Source: Minisyncoccota bacterium
GTDB lineage: Bacteria; Patescibacteriota; Minisyncoccia; Phycocordibacterales; JABAAK01
Direction of reading: 5' to 3'
DNA: 64,000 nucleotides
Assembly: GCA_958295675.1 (NCBI GenBank)
Contig: OY282360.1
Location: forward strand, 195,580-259,579
The notes beneath the pieces were generated by a model, which worked only from the letters and a program-made list of their open reading frames with translations, ran no database searches and was not told where the DNA came from. Below are positions 29,868 through 39,648 of this stretch, in pieces (positions within the stretch are counted from its first letter, which is position 1; each line of letters opens with the position of its first letter). The translations under genes and the position numbers were made by a program.

Positions 29868-31544
29868 ATGAAGTCCCGTATCAAAGAATCTTTGGCAGAT
29901 GCACTTCACACGATAGGTGCAGGCGGGGTTGAGAGCGTCGTTGAGCACCCGAGCAGTGCTGAACACGGGGACTATACTGCCAATGCCGCGATGATTGCTG
30001 CACAGAAGCTGAAAAAATCTCCGCATGAGTGTGCTGAAATACTCCGATCAGCGATGCTGAAGCGTATCGGCAATGAAGTGAATATAGAGATAGCTAATCC
30101 AGGATTCCTGAACTTCCGTCTCAATAGGGATTTTTTCACCGATACGATACGACAAGTGATCTCGGATGATCGTTGGTACTGCAATGCATCTGAGCAGGGG
30201 AAGGAAGTGCTTATTGAATATGGAAATCCGAATTTATTCAAACCGCTGCATGTCGGCAATTTAGTCGGTGTCATCTTCGGGGAGTCAATAAGTCGGATAT
30301 TTGAGACACATGGCGCGACTGTCAGGCGGTTGACCTATTCTTCTGATATCGGACTGACAGTCGGAAAGGCGGTATGGGGACTCAAGAATATCGGCGGTAA
30401 TCCGAATAGTATTGAAGATTTGGGCAGAGCATATCGCGCGGGCAACGACGCGTATGAATCAGATCAGGATGCGCGGAGCACGATAGAAAAGGTGAACACA
30501 TCTCTGTATGATAAATCGGATACTGATTTGACACAGTTTATGGAACAGGGCAAGGCGACTTCACTGCGTCATATTGAGGAACTGTGCCGGGTATTAGGAA
30601 CAACTTTTGATATGACTATATTTGAAAGCGAAACCGCGCCGGTCGGACTGGATATTGTGCGGCAACATACACCCGGTATCTTTGAGGAAGATGCAGGCGC
30701 GATTATATTTCGCGGTGAAGAGCGCGGTCTGCATACCCGTGTGTTTGTGAACGCAAAGGGATTGCCGACATATGAAGCGAAAGATATCGGCAATTTCAGC
30801 ATAAAGCGGGAGCGGTATCCGAATCAGGACATGTCAATAATCATTACCGGCGCGGAACAGCGCGAATATTTCAATGTTATTATTACCGCACTGAGCGAAG
30901 TATTCCGTTTGCCGCCGGAACAGCAAGTGATGCATATCGCCACCGGATTTCTGACACTGAGTACCGGAAAAATGTCATCCCGCGCGGGTAATGTTCTCAC
31001 CGGAGAATCCGTCATTGCCGATTTACGCGCTGAGGCAATGAAACGGGCCGAAACGATGCGTGCGAAAGACCGGGAGACACTGAGCAGGCACATTGCAGTT
31101 GCCGCGCTGAAGTACTGGATACTTCGCCAGCGTGTCGGTTCGGATATCGTGTTCGATATGCAACAAGCATTTTCATTTGAAGGGAACTCCGGTCCGTATC
31201 TGCAGTACACCCATGCCCGAACCGCATCAGTGCTGCGAAAAGCAGAGGAAGGAGGTATAGCACCTTCGACGGAAAACCCGCCCGAAACCGTGTACACATG
31301 TGAGAGATTGCTCCACCAGTTCAGCGAAGCTATTGAATTAGCATTTCAAAACCGATCGCCGCATCACATTGTCACCTACCTCATTGATATCGCGGCCGCA
31401 TTCAACACATTTTACGCGAAAGAACGCATTGCCGATACTAATGACACAGATGCGCCGTATAAAATTGCGCTGACACTGGCGGTAAACAGAACATTGGAAC
31501 GCGGGTTATGGATACTCGGCATTCCCGCGCCGGAAGAAATGTAG
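29868..31544 (+). CDS. argS: arginine--tRNA ligase
   Basis: Class I core with PLHVGNLVG, and a DALR anticodon-binding C-terminus (YLQYTHARTASVLRKA). 558 aa. Confidence 0.85.
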   Translation: MKSRIKESLADALHTIGAGGVESVVEHPSSAEHGDYTANAAMIAAQKLKKSPHECAEILRSAMLKRIGNEVNIEIANPGFLNFRLNRDFFTDTIRQVISDDRWYCNASEQGKEVLIEYGNPNLFKPLHVGNLVGVIFGESISRIFETHGATVRRLTYSSDIGLTVGKAVWGLKNIGGNPNSIEDLGRAYRAGNDAYESDQDARSTIEKVNTSLYDKSDTDLTQFMEQGKATSLRHIEELCRVLGTTFDMTIFESETAPVGLDIVRQHTPGIFEEDAGAIIFRGEERGLHTRVFVNAKGLPTYEAKDIGNFSIKRERYPNQDMSIIITGAEQREYFNVIITALSEVFRLPPEQQVMHIATGFLTLSTGKMSSRAGNVLTGESVIADLRAEAMKRAETMRAKDRETLSRHIAVAALKYWILRQRVGSDIVFDMQQAFSFEGNSGPYLQYTHARTASVLRKAEEGGIAPSTENPPETVYTCERLLHQFSEAIELAFQNRSPHHIVTYLIDIAAAFNTFYAKERIADTNDTDAPYKIALTLAVNRTLERGLWILGIPAPEEM

Positions 31545-31587
31545 TAGTTGCGCGTGATCGCTTTCTTTCCTTGCTATACTAACCGTA

Positions 31588-34308
31588 GTGAAAACACATT
31601 CTATGAACAATGACCGTGCGTCAGCATCCGAATCATTTAAATTCGCTGAGCATACAGGTGAAGAAGTGCTTGATATACTCAGATCAGCAAAGACAGGACT
31701 CACACAAACAGAAGCCGAGCGCCGGCTTACCGAATACGGAAAAAATACAGTCAATCAAAAGAGGCGTTTTGTGTGGTTACGCCGTATTTTCGGACAGTTG
31801 AAAAGTCCGGTTGTTTCCATTTTACTCATTTCCAGCATCGTTCTGTTCATTATTGAATACTATACGGACGCGTTTGTTATCCTTGCCGCGCTTATTATCA
31901 ATCTTACGGTCGCACTGATGCAGGAGGAGAAAGTATCAAATGCGTTTAAACTGCTTCGAGATGCTGATAAGCTATATGCCCATGTCATGCGCGACGGACG
32001 GAAGATAAGAATTCCCGCGGAGGATTTGGTACCCGGCGATATCGTATTGCTGGAAACCGGGTCAAAAGCTCCGGCAGATATCCGTCTGTTATGGGAGAGC
32101 GATTTGGAGGTGGACGAGTCAGCACTCACGGGAGAATGGGCACCCGTAAAGAAAAGTAAGACCACACTGGCGGCAAACAGAACGCTCGCTGAGCAGGTAA
32201 ACATGGTGTGGAAAGGGACAACTGTCGTGGAAGGGAAGGGACGCGGTGTTGTCATCCGTACCGGCATCCATACGGCAGTCGGTGAAATTGCTGCCAACCT
32301 CTACGAAACGCATGAAAAAACGCCGCTGCAGTTGCAGATACAGAGATTAGCGCAACTTATCATGATACTTGTTGTTGTATCGGTTTTAATTATTGTCGGC
32401 ATAGCACTGCTGCAGAATCTGTCATTCATGGATGTGATTATAACCGCCATAGCGGTTGCAGTTGCCGGTATACCGTCCGGACTGCCGGCAGCAATAACAG
32501 TGGTACTGGTTGTCGGTATGCAGGCGGTGCTGAAGCGTCACGGTTTGATGCGAAATTTGCTCGCCGCGGAAACACTCGGCGGCACCACCTGGATTCTGAC
32601 TGATAAGACAGGGACCCTAACCAGAGGTGATATGACACTGCGCAACATTATTTTCGCGGACAGGCAAGAAAAAGCGTCAGATGACTCATTATCACCGGTC
32701 GGTCGTGATGTCGTACTCAGCACGTATCTGGCGACTGACGGTAAGCGTATTAAAAAGAAAGATAGTGAGAGCGAAGGAACCGAACTGACCGGAACGCCGA
32801 TAGAGAAGGCGATTGTATACGCTTGTGAGGAATTATGTGTTGACACGCCAACTCGCGAACCGAGAATAATGTACAAAGCATTTAGTTCAAAAAACCGGCA
32901 TTCTTCGGCATTTGTGCGGAAACAGGACGGCACGGTACGCTATTACATCGTCGGTTCGCCGGAAACTGTTCTGGAAAGATCAGATATGGTGTACTGCAAT
33001 GATCGTACACAGGTTCTCACCACAGCACTGCAGAAGAATTTGGAAAAAAATCTTATGAATGAAGCGGAAAAGGGAAGGCGTGTCATTGCTGTTGCGGCTG
33101 CCGATGCGGCATTATTTGAAGAACAGAATGTGACCGAGAATCCTAAAAGTGCTCCGGAATACAATCCGGATTCCATAACCTTTTTGGCATTTCTTTCTTT
33201 TGAAGACGGTATTCGGGATGATGTGCCGGAAGCAATTAACCGGATCCGCAAGGCGCATGTCATGGTAAATATGGTGACGGGTGACAACCATCACACCGCA
33301 CTGCAGATAGCGAAAGAAAGCGGTATTGTCAGACCGGGAGAATCAGAGGAAACACTGCTCGGTGATGCGGTACGCGAACTCAGCGACGAAGCACTGTTTG
33401 AGAAAGCAAAAACAGTGCGGGTATTCGCGCGCATGCTTCCCGATCAGAAATCACGCCTTCTTCGCGTGCTGCTCGCGCAAAATGAAGTTGTCGCAATGAC
33501 CGGCGACGGTATCAATGACGCGCCGGCACTGCATCGCGCTTCCATCGGCATTGCGATGTCATCAGGAACCGATGTCGCGAAAGAAGCATCCGATTTAATA
33601 CTACTTAAAAATTCCTTTTCAACTATTACCGCGTCTATTATTGAAGGGAAGAGAATTATCCGCAACCTGAAAAAAATATTAATTTACCTATTATCCACAT
33701 CGTTCAGTGAGGCGATGTTGGTTGCCGGCGGTCTGCTCGCGACCGCAACCCTGCCCATCACACCGGTGCAGATTCTATGGGCAAATATTGTTGAGGAAGC
33801 ATTCATAGCATTCGCATTCGCGTTTGAAAAAGAGGATATTGATATTACGACCGGCAACCCGAGAAGTAAAGAGAACACCAGCATTATCAGTAAAAGCGTG
33901 CGGCGCACGGTTGTGCTGTTAGTCCTGCTAACCGGCACATTTCTCCTCGCCATGTACTATTTCTTTACTACATTCACATCGCTCACGCAGGAGCAGATAC
34001 AGACAGTCATGTTTCTCACCGTTTCCATTGATTCCGTATTTCTCGCGCTCTCACTCAAACATCTCGGTAAAAGTGTGTTTGCCACAAACCCGTTCAGTAA
34101 TATGTGGCTGATAGGAGCGATAGTAATCAGTGTTATGATCCTCATAATCGCGTTTGTTACACCGTTCTTCGCTGATATTCTTACGCTTAAGTCGGTTCCG
34201 TTGTGGGCGTTTTCGGTGATACCAATAAGCGCACTGTTCCATATCACAGTGATAGAAACCATCAAGATTGCTCTGTTTAAGAAAGAGTACAAAGAAAAAG
34301 AAATATAA
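31588..34308 (+). CDS. cation-transporting P-type ATPase (Ca2+/Mg2+-type)
   Basis: LTDKTGTLT phosphorylation motif, TGDNHHTA, MTGDGINDAPAL hinge. 906 aa with ten predicted TM segments. Confidence 0.85.
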   Translation: MKTHSMNNDRASASESFKFAEHTGEEVLDILRSAKTGLTQTEAERRLTEYGKNTVNQKRRFVWLRRIFGQLKSPVVSILLISSIVLFIIEYYTDAFVILAALIINLTVALMQEEKVSNAFKLLRDADKLYAHVMRDGRKIRIPAEDLVPGDIVLLETGSKAPADIRLLWESDLEVDESALTGEWAPVKKSKTTLAANRTLAEQVNMVWKGTTVVEGKGRGVVIRTGIHTAVGEIAANLYETHEKTPLQLQIQRLAQLIMILVVVSVLIIVGIALLQNLSFMDVIITAIAVAVAGIPSGLPAAITVVLVVGMQAVLKRHGLMRNLLAAETLGGTTWILTDKTGTLTRGDMTLRNIIFADRQEKASDDSLSPVGRDVVLSTYLATDGKRIKKKDSESEGTELTGTPIEKAIVYACEELCVDTPTREPRIMYKAFSSKNRHSSAFVRKQDGTVRYYIVGSPETVLERSDMVYCNDRTQVLTTALQKNLEKNLMNEAEKGRRVIAVAAADAALFEEQNVTENPKSAPEYNPDSITFLAFLSFEDGIRDDVPEAINRIRKAHVMVNMVTGDNHHTALQIAKESGIVRPGESEETLLGDAVRELSDEALFEKAKTVRVFARMLPDQKSRLLRVLLAQNEVVAMTGDGINDAPALHRASIGIAMSSGTDVAKEASDLILLKNSFSTITASIIEGKRIIRNLKKILIYLLSTSFSEAMLVAGGLLATATLPITPVQILWANIVEEAFIAFAFAFEKEDIDITTGNPRSKENTSIISKSVRRTVVLLVLLTGTFLLAMYYFFTTFTSLTQEQIQTVMFLTVSIDSVFLALSLKHLGKSVFATNPFSNMWLIGAIVISVMILIIAFVTPFFADILTLKSVPLWAFSVIPISALFHITVIETIKIALFKKEYKEKEI

Positions 34309-34452
34309 AATTCGTTCAATAAAAAAATTCCCCAAGCACACGGTGCTATGGAATTGATCAACTTGCAATGTAAGAGTATTATTGACAATAAATATTATAT
34401 ATTATAAAATATAGTCAGATACGGATGTTCAACACCAACAGGAGGGTTGATA

Positions 34453-34797
34453 ATGGGCGTGCGGATAAAACGAAGGAATGACGGCAGAGAAGAAATTCTT
34501 TGCCGATGTGATCATCCCGGATGCGGCAAAACTGCATCCAGGATTAGCGGTGAAATAACCCGCTATTGTCAAAGGACCGGCGAGTATATAACATACTCAA
34601 GAAACCCTGTCAAACCGTTTCCATACTGGAAAAAAGTGTTTAGGAATGGCGGCAAAAGAAGCAGCAAGTTTATGTTGTATGACAGGAAAGGAGAACAGAG
34701 GCGGGTATGGACCGATGATGTATCCGCTTACTGCCTTGAACACGAATATATTTCGCCGTCAGTACAACATACCGGATGGGAATGGCTGAATAATTAG
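34453..34797 (+). CDS. small Cys/His-rich protein with CDHPGCGKT motif (paralog A)
   Basis: Strong promoter TTGACA-N17-TATAAAAT at ~34383-34412, RBS AGGAGGG. Paralogous to the 34918 ORF. Confidence 0.5.
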   Translation: MGVRIKRRNDGREEILCRCDHPGCGKTASRISGEITRYCQRTGEYITYSRNPVKPFPYWKKVFRNGGKRSSKFMLYDRKGEQRRVWTDDVSAYCLEHEYISPSVQHTGWEWLNN

Positions 34798-34917
34798 CAT
34801 GACCGTCTGCATCGCGCACTCAGTGCGCGATGTTTTTTTATAGTGTAAAAATTTGCAAAAATATTTTTTATACTGTACAATTTCTATTACCCGATAAACA
34901 CCAAGGGAGGGATAAAT

Positions 34918-35319
34918 TTGAGTGTTGAGTTTTCTCTTAACGAGGATTCTGGGGAGGGTGAAATTTCCTTTTCCTGCGACCAACCGGGTTGTAGGAGAAC
35001 GAGAATTTCTTCTGTTGTTCAAGTGGAGGCCGCCAACGCTGTTTCTGTGTCAAGCGAACTTCTTCGCTCTTACCAGGAAGTTTTGCGCAGGCCGCCGGAT
35101 ATCCGTGATACATGTCACGGATTGAAAGATAGACGGCGGAGGGTCGTCAGGTTTCACTTGTTTCCTGTTGATGGGTTTACTGAGCACAATTGCTGGCCAA
35201 ATCATGTCCGGGTGATGTGTGACGGCTGTTTGCGTGCAAGTAAGAAAGCAGTTTCGGTCAAAAGAGGAAACGGACGGACCCAAAGGAGGAACGGACGTCG
35301 AGACCGCAGACACCCATAA
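34918..35319 (+). CDS. small Cys/His-rich protein with CDQPGCRRT motif (paralog B; TTG start)
   Basis: Promoter TTGCAA-N17-TATACT at ~34846-34875, RBS GGGAGGG. Basic C-terminal tail. Terminator downstream. Confidence 0.45.
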   Translation: MSVEFSLNEDSGEGEISFSCDQPGCRRTRISSVVQVEAANAVSVSSELLRSYQEVLRRPPDIRDTCHGLKDRRRRVVRFHLFPVDGFTEHNCWPNHVRVMCDGCLRASKKAVSVKRGNGRTQRRNGRRDRRHP

Positions 35320-35359
35320 GTAAGGAACCACAAGAAGTTCCGGCTAACACAGCAACAAA

Positions 35360-35396
35360 ATGCTGCACATGTTCGCATGTGCAGCATAATTTTTTA
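35360..35396 (+). terminator. Rho-independent terminator ATGCTGCACATG-TTCG-CATGTGCAGCAT plus T-run
   Basis: Perfect 12-bp-arm hairpin followed by TTTTTTAT. Confidence 0.7.
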
Positions 35397-35414
35397 TACT
35401 ATACTAACAATAGC

Positions 35415-35891
35415 ATGAAGGAAAAAGCGACATTTGCCGCGGGATGTTTTTGGGGTGTTGAAAATGCGTTTATGAATCTTCCGGGTGTCATACAAACACG
35501 GGTTGGCTACATCGGCGGTACCACAAAAAATCCGACATACGAAGAAGTATGTGACGGCGGCACAGGACATAAGGAGGCGGTTGAGGTGCTATATGACCCG
35601 GATCGCATCACATATAAACAACTGCTGAAAACGTTTTGGAGCGCGCATAATCCGACAACACGGGATAGGCAGGGAGCGGATATCGGTGAGCAGTACCGTT
35701 CCGTCATTTTTTATCATTCCATCGCGCAGCGCGCGGCGGCGGAACAGTCAAAAAAAGAACTGCAGGAATCAGGTATATACAAACAAAATATTATAACGGA
35801 GATTGTTGAAGCACTGGATTTTTATGAAGCGGAGGAATACCACCAGAAGTATTTACAGAAGAAAGGTGTCGCCGCGGCATGCGGTATATGA
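35415..35891 (+). CDS. msrA: peptide methionine (S)-sulfoxide reductase MsrA
   Basis: [12 protein letters not shown] active-site motif. Confidence 0.9.
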   Translation: MKEKATFAAGCFWGVENAFMNLPGVIQTRVGYIGGTTKNPTYEEVCDGGTGHKEAVEVLYDPDRITYKQLLKTFWSAHNPTTRDRQGADIGEQYRSVIFYHSIAQRAAAEQSKKELQESGIYKQNIITEIVEALDFYEAEEYHQKYLQKKGVAAACGI

Positions 35892-35897
35892 ATAGGT

Positions 35898-36296
35898 ATG
35901 AATAAGGACGGGATCAAAGAAAAATTGTCGGAAGAAGCGTATAAGGTGACGCAGGAGGGAGCGACTGAACCGGCGTTTAGCGGCGAGTATCACGCAACAA
36001 AGGATGACGGAATGTATCATTGCATTGTGTGCGGTGCCTCTCTGTTTGATTCAAATACCAAATTTGATTCGCGTACCGGTTGGCCGAGTTTTTATGATAC
36101 CGCGCATAACGATGCGGTACGCCTTGCCGCTGATGATTCGGCGGATGTCTCCCGCACTGAAGTAACCTGCGCGAAATGCGGCGCGCATCTCGGACATGTG
36201 TTTGAAGACGCTCCGGAGATGCCGACCGGTCAGCGGTACTGTATTAATTCCTGCGCGCTGTTGTTTGGGGAGCGGAAAAATGAAGGGAAAGAATAA
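35898..36296 (+). CDS. msrB: peptide methionine (R)-sulfoxide reductase MsrB
   Basis: CxxC..CxxC zinc site (CIVCGASL...CAKCGAHLGHVFED), GWPSF motif. Confidence 0.9.
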   Translation: MNKDGIKEKLSEEAYKVTQEGATEPAFSGEYHATKDDGMYHCIVCGASLFDSNTKFDSRTGWPSFYDTAHNDAVRLAADDSADVSRTEVTCAKCGAHLGHVFEDAPEMPTGQRYCINSCALLFGERKNEGKE

Positions 36297-36300
36297 GATC

Positions 36301-36801
36301 ATGAGGAAAAATAAAGTAGTAAGTATTCTTTATATCCCTGTGTTTATTTTTGTTATAACTGCAATCCTTATTTTTTACTCAGTACTCGCTGGTAGATCAA
36401 TACCTGCTGCTGTTGATCAAGCGGTATCAACGGCAACACAGACCGACACAAAAACTGTGACCATCGGCAACGCTGAAATCATGGCTGAAGTCGCTCAATC
36501 AGATGAAAAGCGCGCGCTTGGTCTTTCCGGTAGACAATCGCTTGAAAAAGAGGAAGGTATGCTGTTTGTATTTCCGAATGACAGGGAACACGGTATATGG
36601 ATGAAAGACATGCAGTTTCCTATAGATATCATTTGGATAGACAGTGCAAAACAGATTATACACATAAAAAAGAATGTACAGCCGGAATCATATCCGGAGA
36701 CATTCAGACCCGGCAGTCCGGCTCGGTATGTGCTGGAAATACCTGCCGGCACATCGGAAGAAAGTGGTATCGCAATCGGTGCCACGGCCGTGTGGGAGTA
36801 G
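36301..36801 (+). CDS. DUF192 domain protein
   Basis: N-terminal TM. GMLFVFPNDREHGIWMKDMQFPIDIIWID matches the DUF192 (COG1430) core. Confidence 0.6.
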   Translation: MRKNKVVSILYIPVFIFVITAILIFYSVLAGRSIPAAVDQAVSTATQTDTKTVTIGNAEIMAEVAQSDEKRALGLSGRQSLEKEEGMLFVFPNDREHGIWMKDMQFPIDIIWIDSAKQIIHIKKNVQPESYPETFRPGSPARYVLEIPAGTSEESGIAIGATAVWE

Positions 36802-36861
36802 GAATAGTACGCATCATCTCACGGTACTTGCGCTTCCTTGCAAATTTTATATACTACATGC

Positions 36862-37199
36862 ACCCAAGCGGGTAATCGCCCGCGAAACAAAAAGTTTCAT
36901 GGGAGGAAAGTCCGGACACTCCCGCACCGAAATTCGGCGCGGAGCAGGGCAGCGGGTAACACCCGTCCGCCGAAAGGCGAGGGATGCGAACAGTGACGCT
37001 CAACCCGAGAGGGAAGAGTGCCTCTCCGAGGCAAACGCTATGGCGACATGGCGATGAAACGGCTAAATTCCTGTCCGGGTGCAAGGCCGTGCCGCGACTA
37101 TTTTTTAGTGGCGGAGTGCCGCATTGAGGATACCGGCGACGGTATTCCCAGATAAATGATTACCGCCTTCGGGTACAGAATCCGGCTTATAACTTGGGT
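36862..37199 (+). ncRNA. rnpB: RNase P RNA, bacterial type A
   Basis: P4 5' strand GAGGAAAGTCCGGACACTCC, AGGGCAGCGGGTAAC, GCAAGGCC. P4 3' strand ACAGAATCCGGCTTATAAC. P1 pairing ACCCAAG/CTTGGGT. Terminator follows. Confidence 0.8.
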
Positions 37200-37209
37200 C
37201 AAATGGAAA

Positions 37210-37235
37210 AGGACGCTGAAAAAGCGTCCTTTTTC
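37210..37235 (+). terminator. rnpB terminator GGACGCT-GAAAA-AGCGTCC plus TTTTT
   Basis: Hairpin followed by T-run. Confidence 0.7.
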
Positions 37236-37352
37236 ACATAGTAGCATGGAAAATATTGACTGTAATACATACTTTATATATAATATACCTCAGGTGAGCA
37301 GAGGGTGATACAGTAACCCTTTGCTTGTAATGTTCCTATAAAGGAGAAACAA

Positions 37353-37907
37353 ATGAAAAGATACCTCATCACGGTGCCTTTTTTCGCCGTTTGTTGTGTC
37401 GTTTGGACTGCCGGATGTGCTTCTACGCCTCACACACCGACTGGGTACGAGCGTGAAGAGCGCGGTATACTCGGAGGCTTGTCAAAGCTGTTCAGAATCG
37501 GTCGAAAAGACGAACGAATGGCAATGGCATCGCAGCCAGTCGAACCCGTTGTTGACCCTATGCAGGAACAAGCCGCGCCAGTCGTAGTACAGGACGATCC
37601 GGACGATGTTGCAGTAGTTCATGGTCCGGTTATTCTGACCGAGTACGGGGTTCCGCAGTGCATTCGTGAGAAAGAAATCTCTCGCGAAGAACTTGAGCGC
37701 CGTCTCAGTCTGCAGACCAAGGCGGATATCGCCGGTGCGACGGACGAAGAGCTGGGTGTTCTGGGAACGCTTGTGCTGCGCATCAAGATGGTGCCGCAAG
37801 CAGGCGAAAACGGCGCGTCGTTCCTGGGCGACATGTATCCGTTTCTGCAAGTTCCCGTTGATGCCGAGGAGTGCATCAGGGTCCTGAACAGAACGCGAAC
37901 GGACTGA
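37353..37907 (+). CDS. hypothetical lipoprotein
   Basis: Signal peptide with lipobox (VVWTAGC). RBS AAGGAG. Confidence 0.5.
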   Translation: MKRYLITVPFFAVCCVVWTAGCASTPHTPTGYEREERGILGGLSKLFRIGRKDERMAMASQPVEPVVDPMQEQAAPVVVQDDPDDVAVVHGPVILTEYGVPQCIREKEISREELERRLSLQTKADIAGATDEELGVLGTLVLRIKMVPQAGENGASFLGDMYPFLQVPVDAEECIRVLNRTRTD

Positions 37908-37911
37908 TATT

Positions 37912-37952
37912 CCGCCTCTGTGAGAGTAATCTTACAGAGGCGGTACTTTTTT
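37912..37952 (+). terminator. Rho-independent terminator
   Basis: CCGCCTCTGTGAGAGTAATCTTACAGAGGCGG followed by TACTTTTTT. Confidence 0.7.
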
Positions 37953-38002
37953 ATACATGTATACATGCGCGTTTCAATGGTACACTACAAAAGTTACACG
38001 CC

Positions 38003-39646
38003 ATGCTGAAATTATTAGATAAATCGCACACTGATGTGCATAAAATAGCGTATATTCTGGGGACGGTCAGTATTTTCGGTTATATTATTTCGTTCCTCCG
38101 CGACCGTGCGTTCGCGCATTACTTCGGTCCGAGTGAATTGTTGGATATATATATCGCCAGTTTTCGGATACCGGACACACTGTTCATTATCGCGACGGCA
38201 TTCATTTCTGTATATGCAATTCTGCCGATGTTTGAACAGAAACAGAAGCAGGGAAAGAACAAACTACAGGAATTCATAAATACCTCATTCTATTTTCTCG
38301 TGCTGTTTCTTGTGTTCGGTGTTACAGCGTTGTTTTTTGCCATCCCATTTCTCGCGGACACCCTTTTTCAGAGTTTTTCCGGCGACGCGCGCGATACTTT
38401 TGTTTCGTTCAGCCGTATCTTCCTTATACAGGCGGCATTGTTCGCTGTTTCAAGTTTCTTCACCGCCATATTGCAGCTAAAAAGAAAGTTTTTCCTGTAT
38501 TCACTGCTTCCCATTCTTTATAATGTGGGCATCATAGCCGGTGTGGTGTTCCTCTATCCTATCTACGGAACTTTCGGATTAGCGGGAGGCGTGGTGTTGG
38601 GTGCTCTGATGAGTGTGTGCATACAGATTCCAATTATCCTGCGCAACCGTATCATGCCGATTCTCGCTCCGACAAAGCAAATGCTGTCTGAGACATGGCG
38701 CGCTGTGAAACTCTCAGTACCTCGCGCATCAGCATTGCTCTCGCACGGTGTGGGAAATATTATTATTTTCAGCGTCATTATGTCCCTTTCCGAGGGTGCG
38801 TTAAGCGTTTACTATTTCGCGGAAAACCTCAAAACCGTGCCGCTGATTATCGTCGGCACCGCCTATGCGGTCGCCACATTCCCGATTCTGGTGAATTACT
38901 GCACTGAAAACAAGATGGACAAATTCCGGGAAACCATAGAAAGCGCGTTCCGCCGCTTATTCTTCTTTATTTTTCCGCTCATTGCGTATATTTTCATACT
39001 CCGTGAGCCGCTCATCAGTTTCTTTTTTGAAACCGGATACTTCACGGAAGAGACAACTTTCATTACCGGCACTATGCTCGGCATGTTTGTCTTCAGCGCG
39101 CTGGCTATGAGTGTGCTCATTATTTGCGCCCGGGCACTGTACGCGTGCGGTCGCTCACTGCTGCCGTTTCTGGTATTTTTCGCGCTCTCAGTCGCGGAAG
39201 TCGTCGGAGTTTTCGCGGTAGTTGAATTTTTACGGGAGAATTACAGTTCACTGACAATCATACTGGAATGGACAAATCTCACCACCGGCGGTTTCGGCAT
39301 TCTGTTCGCGACCATTGCGACTATTGTTGTAATGGAAACGATTGCCGGCATCGCGATATTTATTATACTCATGCGCATCATCAAACAGCGAATTGCTCCG
39401 ATTGCCCGTTCATTGTTTGAGCATGCTCTCGCCACTGGCGTTTTTGCGACGGTAATAGTCAGCATGCAGGTGACATTTTTCAGCGATATTCAATACAACA
39501 CATTTGAGGGCGCGTGCGCGTTAATCGCAATGACCGCTATCGGCACGGCACTGTGGTACATTGTTTTGTTACTGCTGAAAAATAAGGAAAGTGATATCGT
39601 GCGGGAACAGATGCAGCGGTGCGCGCAACTGATACGGCGCAATTAG
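38003..39646 (+). CDS. murJ: lipid II flippase MurJ (MviN family)
   Basis: 14-TM MOP-family topology. N-terminus MLKLLDKS..AYILGTVSIFGYIISFLRDRAFAHYFG. Confidence 0.75.
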   Translation: MLKLLDKSHTDVHKIAYILGTVSIFGYIISFLRDRAFAHYFGPSELLDIYIASFRIPDTLFIIATAFISVYAILPMFEQKQKQGKNKLQEFINTSFYFLVLFLVFGVTALFFAIPFLADTLFQSFSGDARDTFVSFSRIFLIQAALFAVSSFFTAILQLKRKFFLYSLLPILYNVGIIAGVVFLYPIYGTFGLAGGVVLGALMSVCIQIPIILRNRIMPILAPTKQMLSETWRAVKLSVPRASALLSHGVGNIIIFSVIMSLSEGALSVYYFAENLKTVPLIIVGTAYAVATFPILVNYCTENKMDKFRETIESAFRRLFFFIFPLIAYIFILREPLISFFFETGYFTEETTFITGTMLGMFVFSALAMSVLIICARALYACGRSLLPFLVFFALSVAEVVGVFAVVEFLRENYSSLTIILEWTNLTTGGFGILFATIATIVVMETIAGIAIFIILMRIIKQRIAPIARSLFEHALATGVFATVIVSMQVTFFSDIQYNTFEGACALIAMTAIGTALWYIVLLLLKNKESDIVREQMQRCAQLIRRN

Positions 39647-39648
39647 GT

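Noticed and set aside
36674-37084. ORFs of 127 aa (+) and 76 aa (-) over the rnpB locus
   Set aside because: They lie on top of the conserved RNase P RNA sequence.
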